From Aplysia californica (lineage: Eukaryota), in contig NW_004797350.1 of assembly GCF_000002075.1 (NCBI RefSeq), positions 1,032,505 to 1,096,504 on the forward strand: a stretch of DNA of 64,000 nt, written 5' to 3'. This document shows, one piece after another, positions 12,241-24,590 of this stretch. Each line of letters starts with the position of its first letter. Within the stretch, counting starts at the first letter, position 1. The translations under genes and the position numbers were made by a program. The notes under the pieces are model-generated. The model saw nothing but the letters and a program-made list of their open reading frames with translations, did not search any database and was not told where the DNA came from.

Positions 12241-12490
12241 CGCCACCTCAGACTTACAAAGTTCTATCTGCTCAGTACATGTAACTAGTTTTGAGATATT
12301 TGACGTCATAGATATTCTCACATTATGTCAAGATTTTTCGAATGCTTTTCTTTGAATATCTTGATAACGACTCCGAATAATTGTGCGATTCTGATGGAGC
12401 AGATAGTAAATTTGATTTCTGACCTCAGGGTCTTAGTAACTCACAACGGCCCAAACTGTCAGATAGAACTTTGTAATTCTGAGGTAGCGA
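12241..12490. mobile_element. MITE-like inverted-repeat element; related copy at ~23630-23880
   Basis: cgccacctcagacttacaaagttctatctg ... cagatagaactttgtaattctgaggtagcg. Internal sequence matches the reverse complement of 23740-23870. Confidence 0.55.
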
Positions 12491-12999
12491 CTTGTCCCGT
12501 CTGCCCCACGGAGGGGTCAATGACCCAGCAGCAGGCTCACGCACCGACTCTAGTCCAGTCAACGTGGGCATGGCTCTCCTGTCGCTAATAATACTAAAAT
12601 ACATGTAATTACAATCGGGCATGGATTACTCAAGGTGGGTGGGTGGTTGGCGGGTGCTCTTGTGTGGTTTGCTCCTTCTTTCCTACCAAGCATCTATCGT
12701 CTTTATCCCCCCCCCCCCCCGTGTGTGTTTGTTACTTGTAACACACCTCTAATCTTCGGCACTAATCTGGCCTACTTGTGTTGTAAGTACCGTAAAACTG
12801 TTTTTAAAGGAGAATTATTCAAACACGTTGGGGACTGACAAGTATGTTCCACTTGTCCATTATGCATAATTCGGGTAAACTGTTTTGAGAAAAAATAAGG
12901 GGGGGGGCTGGCACATTGTACAAGTACAAGCTTTCCCTGATTTTGAATTTTGCCTGTTCGTGTTAGATGTTGGCGACTGTACATGACACGTTCACGTTG

Positions 13000-14950
13000 A
13001 ATAGCTTCTGTTGTGTGGGGAAGTTGAATTAATGCTATTGTACATGTATTATCGGTTGGTTGATGCCACTGGTTAAGTAAAGTTGTCTGAGTAATTGTCA
13101 TTTTTGGCACACTCACTGTACTCGCGGAGCTCAATTATAACAGAAAAAAACCCATCCTCGAATGATTTTAATACAGAGTGTAAAAATGTGCTGAAAACCA
13201 GATGTGTTTTTATATAGCACGAACAAATCTCGCTCACGTTGTCAGTTAGTTGAATCTTTTTTTTTTTTTAAGTGGTTTTCGTGACACTGGATTGTTTGGA
13301 AATAGAACAGAGTAATTTTATCCAGGGGACTGTGACCGCTGGATGGAATCCACAGTCCAATTGTATCGATGTCGTTGAAGCGGCTTTGATAGATTGTTTT
13401 ATTTTGGTTTTGGTTTTTTCTTCGAACGTGCGCGGCTTTGATGGTTTCCTTTGTTTCAGCCCTTAGTTGTCGAACTGCCGTACACTATTTCGGACGATCC
13501 ATGGCATATTTTGTCCTGGTGGCGGCATCTACACTAGTGTACACGTATGTTCTTTCAGAAATACCGTCAAAATCTTGATATAACAGAACAAGACAGGCGG
13601 GACGGGCAGTTTTTTCCCAGTTATAAGCGAGTCATGTTATAACCGTTATCATGGGAAACTAACTACCATTGCACCTTCAGTTTATATGAATGTGTATTCG
13701 ATTACCGCAGATCCTTTTCCAGTGGGCTGTTTTGCTGACACTGAGACGGTATGTGTTTGGATGTTTGTGTTTAGGCAAGCGATCATACAAACAGGCGATT
13801 TTTTGTCATGTCTTGGTTGAGACAAATTTTAATAATTTGACGGATCGAAAGCAAGTTCATGCGCTGCAAGATCACTGTTATCTCTGCGTCTGCGCAAATT
13901 GAACCCTGTTATGGCCTGTAATAAAAGAGGCTGGTATACATGGACCGGACTATATTATGGTCGTTTTGTGAAGACTTTTCGGAACGTATCCTTGTTGGTA
14001 AAATTTTAGTTTGCCTTTTTAGGCGTGAGTCAATGTGTCTTGATAAATCTTCAACGGGTGATTGGAGGGTAGTAGTAGTGGTAGGTCCTATTTCTGTTCT
14101 TTTTCTACCTCTGTTTGATTATTCGTCTGTCTGATTTTCTTTTCCTTTTTTCCATACACCGAATGACCGTTATTGAATTGTGTCGATGTCTGTCTCTCTA
14201 CTCAAACACAGACCAGTTGTGCGGATTTCGCATTATGTCCTTTGTTGATGAACTGATGAAGAACGTTTGAGGCCGGCATACCGTGGGTGTCGTTTTTCTC
14301 ATTGCTACAATGTGTCTGGCCGAGAACCCCCTTTTTTTTCAAGGTCAATGCCCTAGAGGCTGTACGTCTGCCGACAGTTTTTTTGTTTTTTGGTGTGTTT
14401 TTTTTTAATGATCAACTCGCCTGGCCTAGAATGAGGAAGATCAAATGATGAGGCCTGTGGTTCTGTTGACGGGCTGTGTTGACTGTGTTTGTTTGGCGGA
14501 TCTCAAGACGTTGACGCAGCAAATACACACAGGCCTCCGGGGGGCAAATGGTTGCGGGCCAGGTGGGATCAGTTTCTCTGGTCCCGGTGCGTCATCAGTG
14601 GCGGCAATAAAACTGGCGGCTGTCGTGTCTGCGGGGGAAATTTGAGCCAGTGCTCTCGACAATCTCTCGTGCAGGAGGACGTCTGGGAGTTATGATCGTT
14701 GAAATCTTTTCTTTTTGTGTCATTGTGGTTTTCTAACTTTGAGGTTTTCGCTATTATAAGTATAAGTGTGGTGAAATCGTTGCTTGAATTCACAGTAGTA
14801 GTAACCGGAATGTGTTTCTTGCCGTTTTCCTGAGAGATATTTCTTTTGTTGGAAGAAAGGGAGGAAGCTTCTACTTCTATTGCTTTTAACATTACTCACT
14901 TGATATGGAACAGTTTCTATGCGTGGTGAGCTAATAAGTGTTGGGAGTAG
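13000..14950 (+). promoter_or_regulatory. CpG-rich, repeat-poor block inside the POLE2 last intron; candidate promoter/enhancer of the nested ORF
   Basis: By eye, more CpG than the flanking intron. Contains TGCGTCA and CAATAAAA motifs at ~14588-14612. Confidence 0.35.
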
Positions 14951-14990
14951 GTAAAAACCTTCTTATCGCAGACGAGAGATTCTATGAACT

Positions 14991-15431
14991 ATGCTTCTGC
15001 ATAACGGTGGCTGTTTTTCCCATACGACCCACACCCACCCCATGGGCCAGCTTGACCCAGCCTTCTACCCATACCACCAGGCCCTGCCTCAGCCCATAGT
15101 TCCGTGTGAGGAGTACTTCAGCCTACTGCGGACCCCGTCAGTGTCTTCTATACCCAACCAACATGCCGCGGTGTTCCCTGGATTCGAACCTCCACCCTCG
15201 CAAAATTATGGCTGCCCGTGTCCCTCTGTGCCGCCACAGCAAACTTTTCTGCACCAAATTCTGACAGGGCAAGGTTACAGGCACAATGCCATGGGGGTCA
15301 CGTGCGCCCCCTCGCTGATGGATTCTGCCACCATCTACTCAGAGTATTCCCCGGCTTGTGAAAAGTCGAGCTGTTGCTACGGAAACGCTGTCAAGCCTTC
15401 AGGATTTTCATCTATACAAGGGCATTCCTAG
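14991..15431 (+). CDS. Unknown 146-aa Pro/Gln/Ser/Tyr/Cys-rich protein nested in the POLE2 last intron
   Basis: ATG-to-TAG ORF with an in-frame stop just upstream. GC-rich, coding-like composition against AT-rich flanks. No repeat similarity within the window and no recognisable domain. Confidence 0.55.
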   Translation: MLLHNGGCFSHTTHTHPMGQLDPAFYPYHQALPQPIVPCEEYFSLLRTPSVSSIPNQHAAVFPGFEPPPSQNYGCPCPSVPPQQTFLHQILTGQGYRHNAMGVTCAPSLMDSATIYSEYSPACEKSSCCYGNAVKPSGFSSIQGHS

Positions 15432-17149
15432 CATTAGCTGTTGTCTTCCAGTGTGGGTTTGGTGCATTGCAACTAATTTTTTGTTCTCTCTTTCTTTCTT
15501 TGTTTCTTTCTCTTTTTTTGAAAAAAATATTGTGTAAATAAGTATAAGTTTGAAATCATAGCAAGTGACTGGAGGGTGCCAGCGAATGTCATTCTGTTTG
15601 ATTAGGTGGGTTACTTTTGTTTTAAATTATCTCACATCACAGATGGTTGGAGGGTGCTTCTCATAGATCCTTTTGCGTTACTTTCTCTTTATTGTTTGTT
15701 CCCAAGTCCATCTTGTTTTTCCGTAGCACTGTAGAAGAGTTACTCACTTACTGTGTTGGTGTCCTTCCCTTTGCTCAAGAAAAAACAAACCAAACTCACA
15801 GTCCACTTGAAACATAATCTGCTGGTCAGCCAGATTTTCTCTGGTTTAGCCAGGTTTTTGGTTTAAAGATGTTACTCTAATAGGGGGGAAATCGNNNNNN
15901 NNNNNNNNNNNNNNNNNNNNNNNNNNNNNNNNNNNNNNNNNNNNNNNNNNNNNNNNNNNNNNNNNNNNNNNNNNNNNNNNNNNNNNNNNNNNNNCCGTAA
16001 GTATTTGTGGTCTCTTGAATACAGGAAATGTGCATTTTTCATCAGTGGAAAATAGTCTTGCACACACATAACGAATAGGCTCATAGTCATACATATGTAG
16101 TGAAACATACACACAACTAATAGATTTTCAAGACCCCAATACGGAATATGAACATATATTATTCTTCTCTGTATTTGAAACATGTACGTATTGAAAGTCG
16201 TAAGTAACTGATTGATTTCCATGCGTGCATGCAAGACTATTTTATTGAGCATCTTTTTCTGTTTGCTGGGATGGGCAGATTTATACCGAACAGCTCAGCT
16301 TAGTCCCGACAAGCAGGGTCAAAGCTGTTGACCTCCTCACTGATCTAAACTTTGGTTACATGTAAAAAATTTGATCTCTTTGACTTTGTGGTATGATATT
16401 GAACAGTTCATTTTCGTTCCCCGGATAGTTGAAGTTGAAGTCTCGTTCCTCCCTCCTAACTTTTGTCTTTTATCTTATTTGCTTTTATGATCCCTATGAA
16501 CTTAATTTGTTATTATTATTGCAACATGTGTGTTAATATAGGCTTCTCATCAAATGGGTGGTTGCCAACGATGTCTTTATACATTTCTTTTCTTACCCTC
16601 TATCATTTCTTAGCTTCTTTTTTAAAAATTTAATTTAATTTATTAATTTATTGTAAATTATTTTTTTTTTAACTTATTTCTCCCACCAAATGACCGTTAT
16701 CATGTCAATGTGCGTTTTTTTACTCAAGCAAGCAAGCTTCTCATTAACAGAGCAGCCATGTGGGTGGTTGACAGGTGCTCTGGTGTGGCTTGCTCCTTCT
16801 TTCCTGTCAAACTTCTATCATTCTTATCTCCCCCTCCTCCTTTTTTGTGTTTGTTACTCTCTTGTAATTTGTAACTCTGTAACTCCTCTAATTTTCTGCA
16901 CTTATGTATGACCTTATTGTGGTGTAAGTAAGTGCCACAAAACTCTTACACTTACATGTCATGTACTAAAACAGAAAACAGCAGACACATAAATTATGCA
17001 GAATTGTATTTTTGGTATTCTTGCCGATGGATTATTTGAGGGACTTTCATGGCTCCTTGTCCTCTTGGCTCGGTTCTATCAGAGAAGATTTAATTCGTAG
17101 AGCCTGCCTCTCAAATAATTTTCTTTTCTTTCACTTTGTCTCCATTTTC

Positions 17150-17280
17150 ATCAGCATCATCATCATTGCCTTTCTCACCCTGGATCAGGATATAGCCTGA
17201 CATTAATATAGGCCACGAACAAACACTTTCCACCTTTCCCTATCCTGGGCTTGTCACTTGGTGTCACTCAACGTCTTCCC
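17150..17280 (-). mobile_element. Probable RTE-type LINE/SINE 3' remnant
   Basis: (TGA)n-type tail on - and RTE-like 3' sequence (gatagggaaaggtggaaagtgtttgttcgtggcctata). Confidence 0.4.
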
Positions 17281-18278
17281 ACTTTTCTGTACATCCATTT
17301 CTGAATTTCATCAGCACAATCCTATATTTGTGACTGGTGTACATTTGCAACCCCCACCCTTACACCTTTATCATATATCCAGAGATATTTCATGATATAT
17401 ATTATGTAGACTCATGTGTAGTTATTTCGACATCTACAGAGTCCACTTATACTGAAATCTGCCAGATTTTCTTGGATTTTGCCGCGTTTTCAGCTTAGAG
17501 AGATTGCTCACTCAAATGAAGAAGAAAAATAAATCAGGGATTTTATCTTCTTTTCTGTTCTGTTCCTTTCTTTTTTCTTTTTTTCCCCCCCTCTCTGTTT
17601 TCGGAACAGCTGTGTTCCGTTAAAGTTCAATCAGTTTCCTCTCAGTATTTCTGTTTTTATGATTTAGGGTGCAATACATAGATACATGTAGTATGATGAG
17701 AAGTAACTTTGGACACCCTGCGTGGGTTGGGTTTTGTGGGGAAAAAATTCAAGATCTTATGGTATCATAGTTTTTTTAAAACTTGGTGTCTATACTCCAA
17801 CTTTTCATTCCGGTGGGTGCTCTGCTGTGGTTTGCTCCTTCTTTCCTATCAAACATTTATCATTATTATCTCTCCTCCTTTTCTTGTGTGTGTTACTCTC
17901 ACGTAACACCTCTTGTCATTGGCACTTGATATGACCTAATTGTGTTGCAAGTGCTGTAAAGCGCTTCCTACTACTATATATATTTACAGCCAAAAAGTAA
18001 TTGTGCCTGATTTTCTTTTTTTCGCAACTATATCAATGGTGTTTCGCATGTATCTCTGTTTTTTATTTCTTGAATTTTTATGTCATTTAGATGATGCATT
18101 ATTTTAACCCAGATTTACAACTTCGTAAAAAAATTCAAGTTTTTTAAAGACAATTTTGGAGTCAGCCCATTTGTGTCCAACATCATCAAATATAAATATG
18201 AGCATAATCTAATTGAGTGCCTGTATGTAACTTGAATAAACTAATGACTGTCTCCTTTGTGTTCATTTGTCACCTCAG

Positions 18279-18485
18279 GGTTCCTTTCTGCGAACAGACT
18301 TTGGCTTCAAGGTTTACTACCCAGCGAGCAGAGAGGTTCAGGACAGCCAGGTGCTGGAGAATCTGGACAGATCGATCAACGGACCAGCCTCTCAGTCTCA
18401 GTCCATGGACTTGACAGAACCGTCACAGCCCACTGCTGGCACGGCCACTCTGGACGCGTACTTTGCTGAAGCTTCGCAGTCTTGA
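18279..18485 (+). CDS. POLE2: POLE2 terminal coding exon (GSFLRTDFGFKVYYPASREVQDSQ... plus ~40-aa extension)
   Basis: Continues INP|GSF; matches POLE2 [23 protein letters not shown]. TGA at 18483; candidate polyA signals ATTAAA ~18811 and AATAAA ~19004. Confidence 0.9.
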   Translation, partial: GSFLRTDFGFKVYYPASREVQDSQVLENLDRSINGPASQSQSMDLTEPSQPTAGTATLDAYFAEASQS

Positions 18486-21425
18486 CTCGACTAGTATTAT
18501 AGCCTATTTATTGTGTGTATGTCTTTGTGGTAGTAGCTTGTGTGGGCAGTTTTGTTGAAAGGGGGGGGGGGGGATGTTGTGATGGTATGTTAACCTGTGT
18601 ATACTGGTGTAAGTGGTATGATGGCTAAGCTCTTCGCCATTGCTTGCAGAGGATGAGTTCAATTTCAGAGTATAGAAGTTTTTTATATATATATATATAG
18701 GATTAAGATCTTGATTTGCTTATGTGTGTTTCATCTCTTTTTAGCCTGGATTAGCCCTAAATGGGGAATTTAAGCAGCTTTATGTATGGTCTGTATCGTG
18801 CCAATGGAGCATTAAACATTTGCAATTGAAAAAAGATAACCCCTGTAAATTTTTGGGGGAAATTATTTATACTTTTGGATAATTGTGAAGGGGGCAAGAT
18901 TGTGCTAGTGCAGAATTATCTGCATTTTTATTAGCACAGTTACTTCTTCTTTGTATGGTCTGGGATTGACTGATGTTTGACACTCCCGTAATTTGGGTTA
19001 ACCAATAAAGAAAAATTAAAGAGATATCAGGCTATAGAAAATTGTACAAGCTATCCATGATTTCGAGTTTTGGACTGTATTAGTATTATGATTTAGAAGA
19101 GTACAAGTTCAAAGAATTTTTTAACTCGTCTTTGATTTTGTCAGAGGCTTTGTGTGTCTGAGTGTGTGTATGTGTTGCCCACTGAGAGTTTGACGATCAG
19201 GCTGGGGAGAACTGCTGCATGCTGTGTATATATTCGTTCAACTTGTCCCCCTCAAGTATGTTGTCATTGAGTACAACAAAGACTCACATAGCTTACCCTA
19301 CGCATTGGCAGCTTTGGAGTCCCCATCGAGTTGGGGGTTGATCATAAATACCTGTGCAGGTCCTCACTGCAAGTGTCGTAAAACAAAAGTTCTCATTGCA
19401 GATGCAGTGATGTCCTTCTGATTGTTGTCTTCATTCTGCACACCACTTGTTCTAGACTTCAAAGGGATTACCTAATGTGTGGTCAATTACATACTTTGCC
19501 AAATTTTCACAAAATTTTGCTTGCATTCTCTAGCATCTTCCTGTAAGTGTTCTATCATAAACTCTCTGCCTTCATATCAGTAGCTAGAGGGATGGATATA
19601 TGTGAATAAACACATTTTACACTAGCAAAAGGTCATAAATCCTGCTAATAATGGGAATGGCACACATGACTGTCTGTGATAAGGAGTGCCTGGTGGTGCG
19701 TTGTCTCATTTTTTTCCTTGACACTATGCTCCCCTGTCCTCCTGCTGGGTTATGCAGGCCTTTTTTTGTGTTTTGGTATAGATCTATTTGTGATTAGTGG
19801 TATTAAATTCTTTCAAAAACAGAAATGAAGACTTCTGCTTCGAGCTGCTCTCCTTTCCTATTTAAGCCTATCTCTTCAACATCACTTTCCTCAAGTTTTG
19901 ACAGATGACAAAAACTAGTGAAATGACAAGCTGTTACACTCTAAGGCTGCCTCAATTGCTGCAAGGTACACAGGCCCTACATTTTGTACAGTTAGTCGTT
20001 AATCATCATCCTCCTCTTCCTCCGTCTCAGGTCATGCCCTGGGATTTTGTACAGCCGCTCTTGTTATTGTTCTTGTAAAAAACCAAGAGTTGTAATGGTA
20101 TAGATCTACCAATACTATTCTTGTGTAAATACATACGCTGAAAGGTACACATTATGCATTGTGTGTACCTATAATAATGTAGCAAGAGTGCTTGCCCTGA
20201 GACCACGGAAAGCAACGGAACGGAACATATTTTTTCTGTTAAACTTTTTATTTATCTGTGTAAAAAGATCTCGTACATAACTTTGTATTGAGGTCTTTTC
20301 TGTGCTGACATACTACGCAACTGACAGTCACAGCAACCTTTACAACACAACGGATTCCATATCACATGCATTATTTGTGAAGCATGCTGGCAAAATGAGA
20401 TACTTCTCAGATTCAAGCCTTATGGAAATAGATACATCACACTTATGAGTGAAGTTTATACAATTTATAAGTATGAAATAATAAGGCATGTTATAGTTAT
20501 AGTCAAAATTAAAGAATATGGAATCAATAGAATATAATCAAATTTGACCCTTTTGTCGATTTTTGGCCAATATCTCCACTTGTGGATTGGGAGAAGTAAC
20601 TCATTTTGTCAGCATTTGTTCCTGAAGTCGGTAACAGGAGATCACTTTTCAGTATCCAGTTAGCCTGCTATCCCCAAAATCTTGCTGAGTGTTACCGAGA
20701 CTGTGTGGTCTGTGGGCCGGCAGCCTTGTACATTGAGAATATACATAATGTAAATATATATATACGATTAAACTTGATCAAATGTTACACTTCCTTTGTT
20801 TTATTTCTCTTTTTTTGTTTGTTTTATGTGTTGGGTTCTTTCCAGTAGGATTGGTTGATGACGTACTTCCGCCGTTCAACATGATAAGCCTCAAAACCTT
20901 GAAGGAATGAAAATGTTTTTCTTTAGAGTAATAAGAGAGAGATTTTGGTCCATATTTTCCTGGGCACCACAATGAGAACAAAAATGTAAGAAAACCTGCA
21001 AAGACGATTAAAAAAGGAGCGAAACCCCTTCCATGCTGAAGAAAATCGAAAAAACACTAACGGTGGGCATGCAAAGTCAACTGGAAAAAAATGTGCAGTG
21101 AAAATAGGTTAGCATCAGTGCTGCTGCTATAAATTATAAAAAGCAACTGCTGTAGTTAACATTTTGCAAGCATATTTTTTTCAGTATGGTGCAAAGTACA
21201 CATACTGAATGATGCTCTGCATGAAACAAATCCTTGTAATGGCCTCGGTTTTAGTTAAATTCCCTTTACGCACAGAAAAGCTCATTACAACCATGAGGCA
21301 GAATCTCCAACTTAACATCCATCTCCACAATGACAAAGCCATGTAGTGTAGGTGGAGAGCACTGGAAAATGTCTCAAATTAATCATCCGTCCAAACCTTT
21401 ATGATAATGCCATTTCATAGTGATA

Positions 21426-22648
21426 CAGTGGAACTCGGATTCAACGAGATGAGATAGATTCCCCCTTTTTTTTTCTTCTTTAAAATCAATAAAAATAACC
21501 CGGATTCAACAAGCACTTAAATCAGCGAGCTCCCAGAACAAACTTAATCTATTCCCGGAAACCATCCATTGCACCTGCATCGTGAACCATTGCCATTATT
21601 CACTTAGCCGATGGCATGCGACCAATCGGCGGCCTTTTTCCACACCAACACATGTGCTGTTAGCACGCGCGCGTCTACTCTGGTGTGTGTCGAGGACGGA
21701 TGGGCAGCTTGCACACGTGTGGCTGTGTGTACGTGTCGGGGGGAGGGGGGTAATTATGCATAAACTTGCATTTTATTACAGTGTGTGTGTGTATGTGTGT
21801 GTGTGTGCGCGCCTGTGTTTGTCTAAAAAGAAAAAGAAAATGCTAATTTCAATTATGAAAAAAAAAGTAAATTGAATACTGTATTATTTTACAGTGACAG
21901 GAGGGAAAGCAGACTTTTAAGCATGTTTATATTAGTCTACTAAACCTCATATCTGTTTTATAAAACCAAGGAAAGGAATTCTGAACGTTTAAAGATGTAA
22001 AAACAGAATACATTTTTTTAAAGTGATTTAAATCACTGAGTTTTATTTTTAAAATCAAGTTGATTAAAAAAATTTTTTAATAAACTGATTTAAATCAACC
22101 CAAACCTGATTTCAATTGTGAAAAAAAAGTAAATTGAATACTGTATTAATTTACAGTGACAGGGGGAAAGCAGACTTTTAAGCATGATTATATTAGTCTA
22201 CTAAACCTTATATCTGTTTAATAAAACCAAGGAAAGGAATTCTGAATGTTTAAATATATATATGTAAAAACTGAATACATTTTTTTAAAAGTGATTTAAA
22301 TCAGATTTTTATTTTAAAAATCAAGTTGATTAAAATATTAAAAAATCAACTGATTTAAATCAACCCAGCTCTGATTTCAATTATGGAAAAAAAAAGTAAA
22401 TTGAATACTATATTATTTTACAGTGGAAGGGGGGAAAGCAGATATTTAAGCATGATTATATTAGATCTAGTCTACTAAACCTTATATCTGTTTTATGAAA
22501 CCAAGGAAAGGAATTCTAAATGTTGAAATATGTTAAAAACTGAATAAAAATACATTTTTTTAAAGTGATTTAAATCACTGATTTTTATTTTAAAAATCAA
22601 GCTGATTTAAATTTTAAAAATCAACTGATTTAAATCAACCCAACCCTG
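21426..22648. mobile_element. Chimeric MITE: pogo/Tigger-like end (21426-~21750) fused at a G-run to an hAT-like tandem-repeat end
   Basis: Left part is the reverse complement of ~28557-28991. Right part matches ~24880-25788 and ends in caaccctg. Confidence 0.8.
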
Positions 22649-24590
22649 CCGAAACGTGCTTTAAAGCCGCCACGGACTGTATATCTCTTCCCACTTATGT
22701 TATCCTAGGTATTTCTGTATCCAATGATCTGTCACACACCCTCGTCTTTTAAATTACAACCATCCCCGAACTGAACAGATAAGTCAGAGAAACGTAATTT
22801 TAAAAAAGATAAACTTTTCACCTTATAACTACAAAAACAAACACACAGAGAAATGTATCTAGATTGGAAAGTGTTAATGGAGAAATTATAGCACAGAAAA
22901 GCCAAAAAGTCATTCAACTTGAAAAATATACACATGTCTAAAATTTACAAAACAAATAAAGTCACACATAATGGGCTACAACTTTTTATTCTAATGTCAT
23001 TATGTACATTTGTAATGAGTAAATTATTAAGTCAGTAAGTCAAAAGAATAAGACATCATTGTCAAGCGATGTCATTCTGATCAATGATAAAATCAGGGTT
23101 GTAGAAATGTGCCGAGTTCACTTTCGGAAATTTCCTCTGCCTTGCACACCCTCTGGCAGGTTTCTCCTTGCCTCTGCATAAACGGCGAGCCTTGAGAAGT
23201 TCATGTCTTTCTTCTGCAACACTGTTCATGGTAGCCTGAGTTTTAAAAATGACAAACGGTACAATGTTAAAATTAAAGCCATTTTGACTATTAAAAAAAA
23301 CATCACCAAAATTTTTTTTTCTAATTTGGCAAAAAAAACACAACAGATGAAAATACATGGATGTTACAACCATCAACAACCATCAAGAAAACCAGAATTT
23401 CGGGGGGAAATTTGAAAACCAAACGATGAATTTTATATTATACTTTATATAGTTGTGGTCAGAGCAGAACCAAGTATACTGTGGTCTACACTACAGCAAC
23501 CATCTAAGGCAAATTACTCTATGATGATGACTTAGTTAATTAAAAGAGGTTCATGACGTGCCAATTTCACAGTGCATGCTGCTAGACTACAAAACCGCTG
23601 ACACTATACATGAACGTAAACATTTCGCTATGTTAGAATTACAAAATTCTATTTGACATTTTTGGCCATTTTGAGTTACTAAGACCATGAGATCGGAAAA
23701 CAAATGTTCTCTTTACTCTATTAAAATCATAAGATTATTCGGAGTCGTTAACAAGATATTCAAAAAATTGCTCTTTAAAAAAGCTTGACATGTCAGGAAA
23801 CTCAAATTTTTTTACATCAAATTTTTCAAAACTAGGTATTGAACAGAAAGAACTTTGTAATTCCAAGGTAGCAATTTGGTTAGATAAAGGCAATACTTTG
23901 CCTTCCATCAGCTGCTTGACTACTTGTATAGCAAGTGAGACTAATCATAAAAATAGGAATAAAGAATAAAAATTGTTCCAGTGAAAAAGAACAGATCCAC
24001 ACAATACTGATAATTTTTTCCCATGAAAAATCAAGATCATAAACTCAAGAACTCAACAACAACAAAAAATATCAGCTGTTTCGCAGGGAGTGTAGAACCT
24101 ATTAACACCACTTTTTGACACATTTTATATAGTGCAGTTATTCCCCGTGTTCACAATTCGTCCGTTGCAACCCGCCCATGGGAATTCCCCTTTTGATGAA
24201 ATTGAAGTGGTTCCTCTAAAACATGAACTGCGTTATTTTAATCATAATCACAGGGACGTCCCTACTTCCCTTGCAAAAATAATTCGAAAAGAGCACTTTA
24301 AGATATTCTAATACTTGAGTCAAACCGTTCTGATGATCATCTGAATGCAGGTCAGTTGATTTTGAAAATATGAACGATTGCAAAACAAACTTACACAGCT
24401 GAGAGGTGTTGATAAGCTTATTGTCATAATTGTGGGAAAGGATCCTGAATAAAAAGCTATTATAAAGAGTAAAAAAGTATTGCCAAATCTGATGACATTT
24501 AAGCAAAGGCAACTTTTGTTTTGTTTAGTTTTTACTTTTAGTAGAGGTGTTACGGCACTCGCAACTGCACAGGTCATATAAAGCCAAGGA

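Noticed and set aside
20795-22780. Further exons of the minus-strand relic (FCSHCGA / FEAYHVERRKY near 20850-20995; ~22650-22770)
   Set aside because: They are short, frame-ambiguous and contain stops, so cannot be supported without homology.
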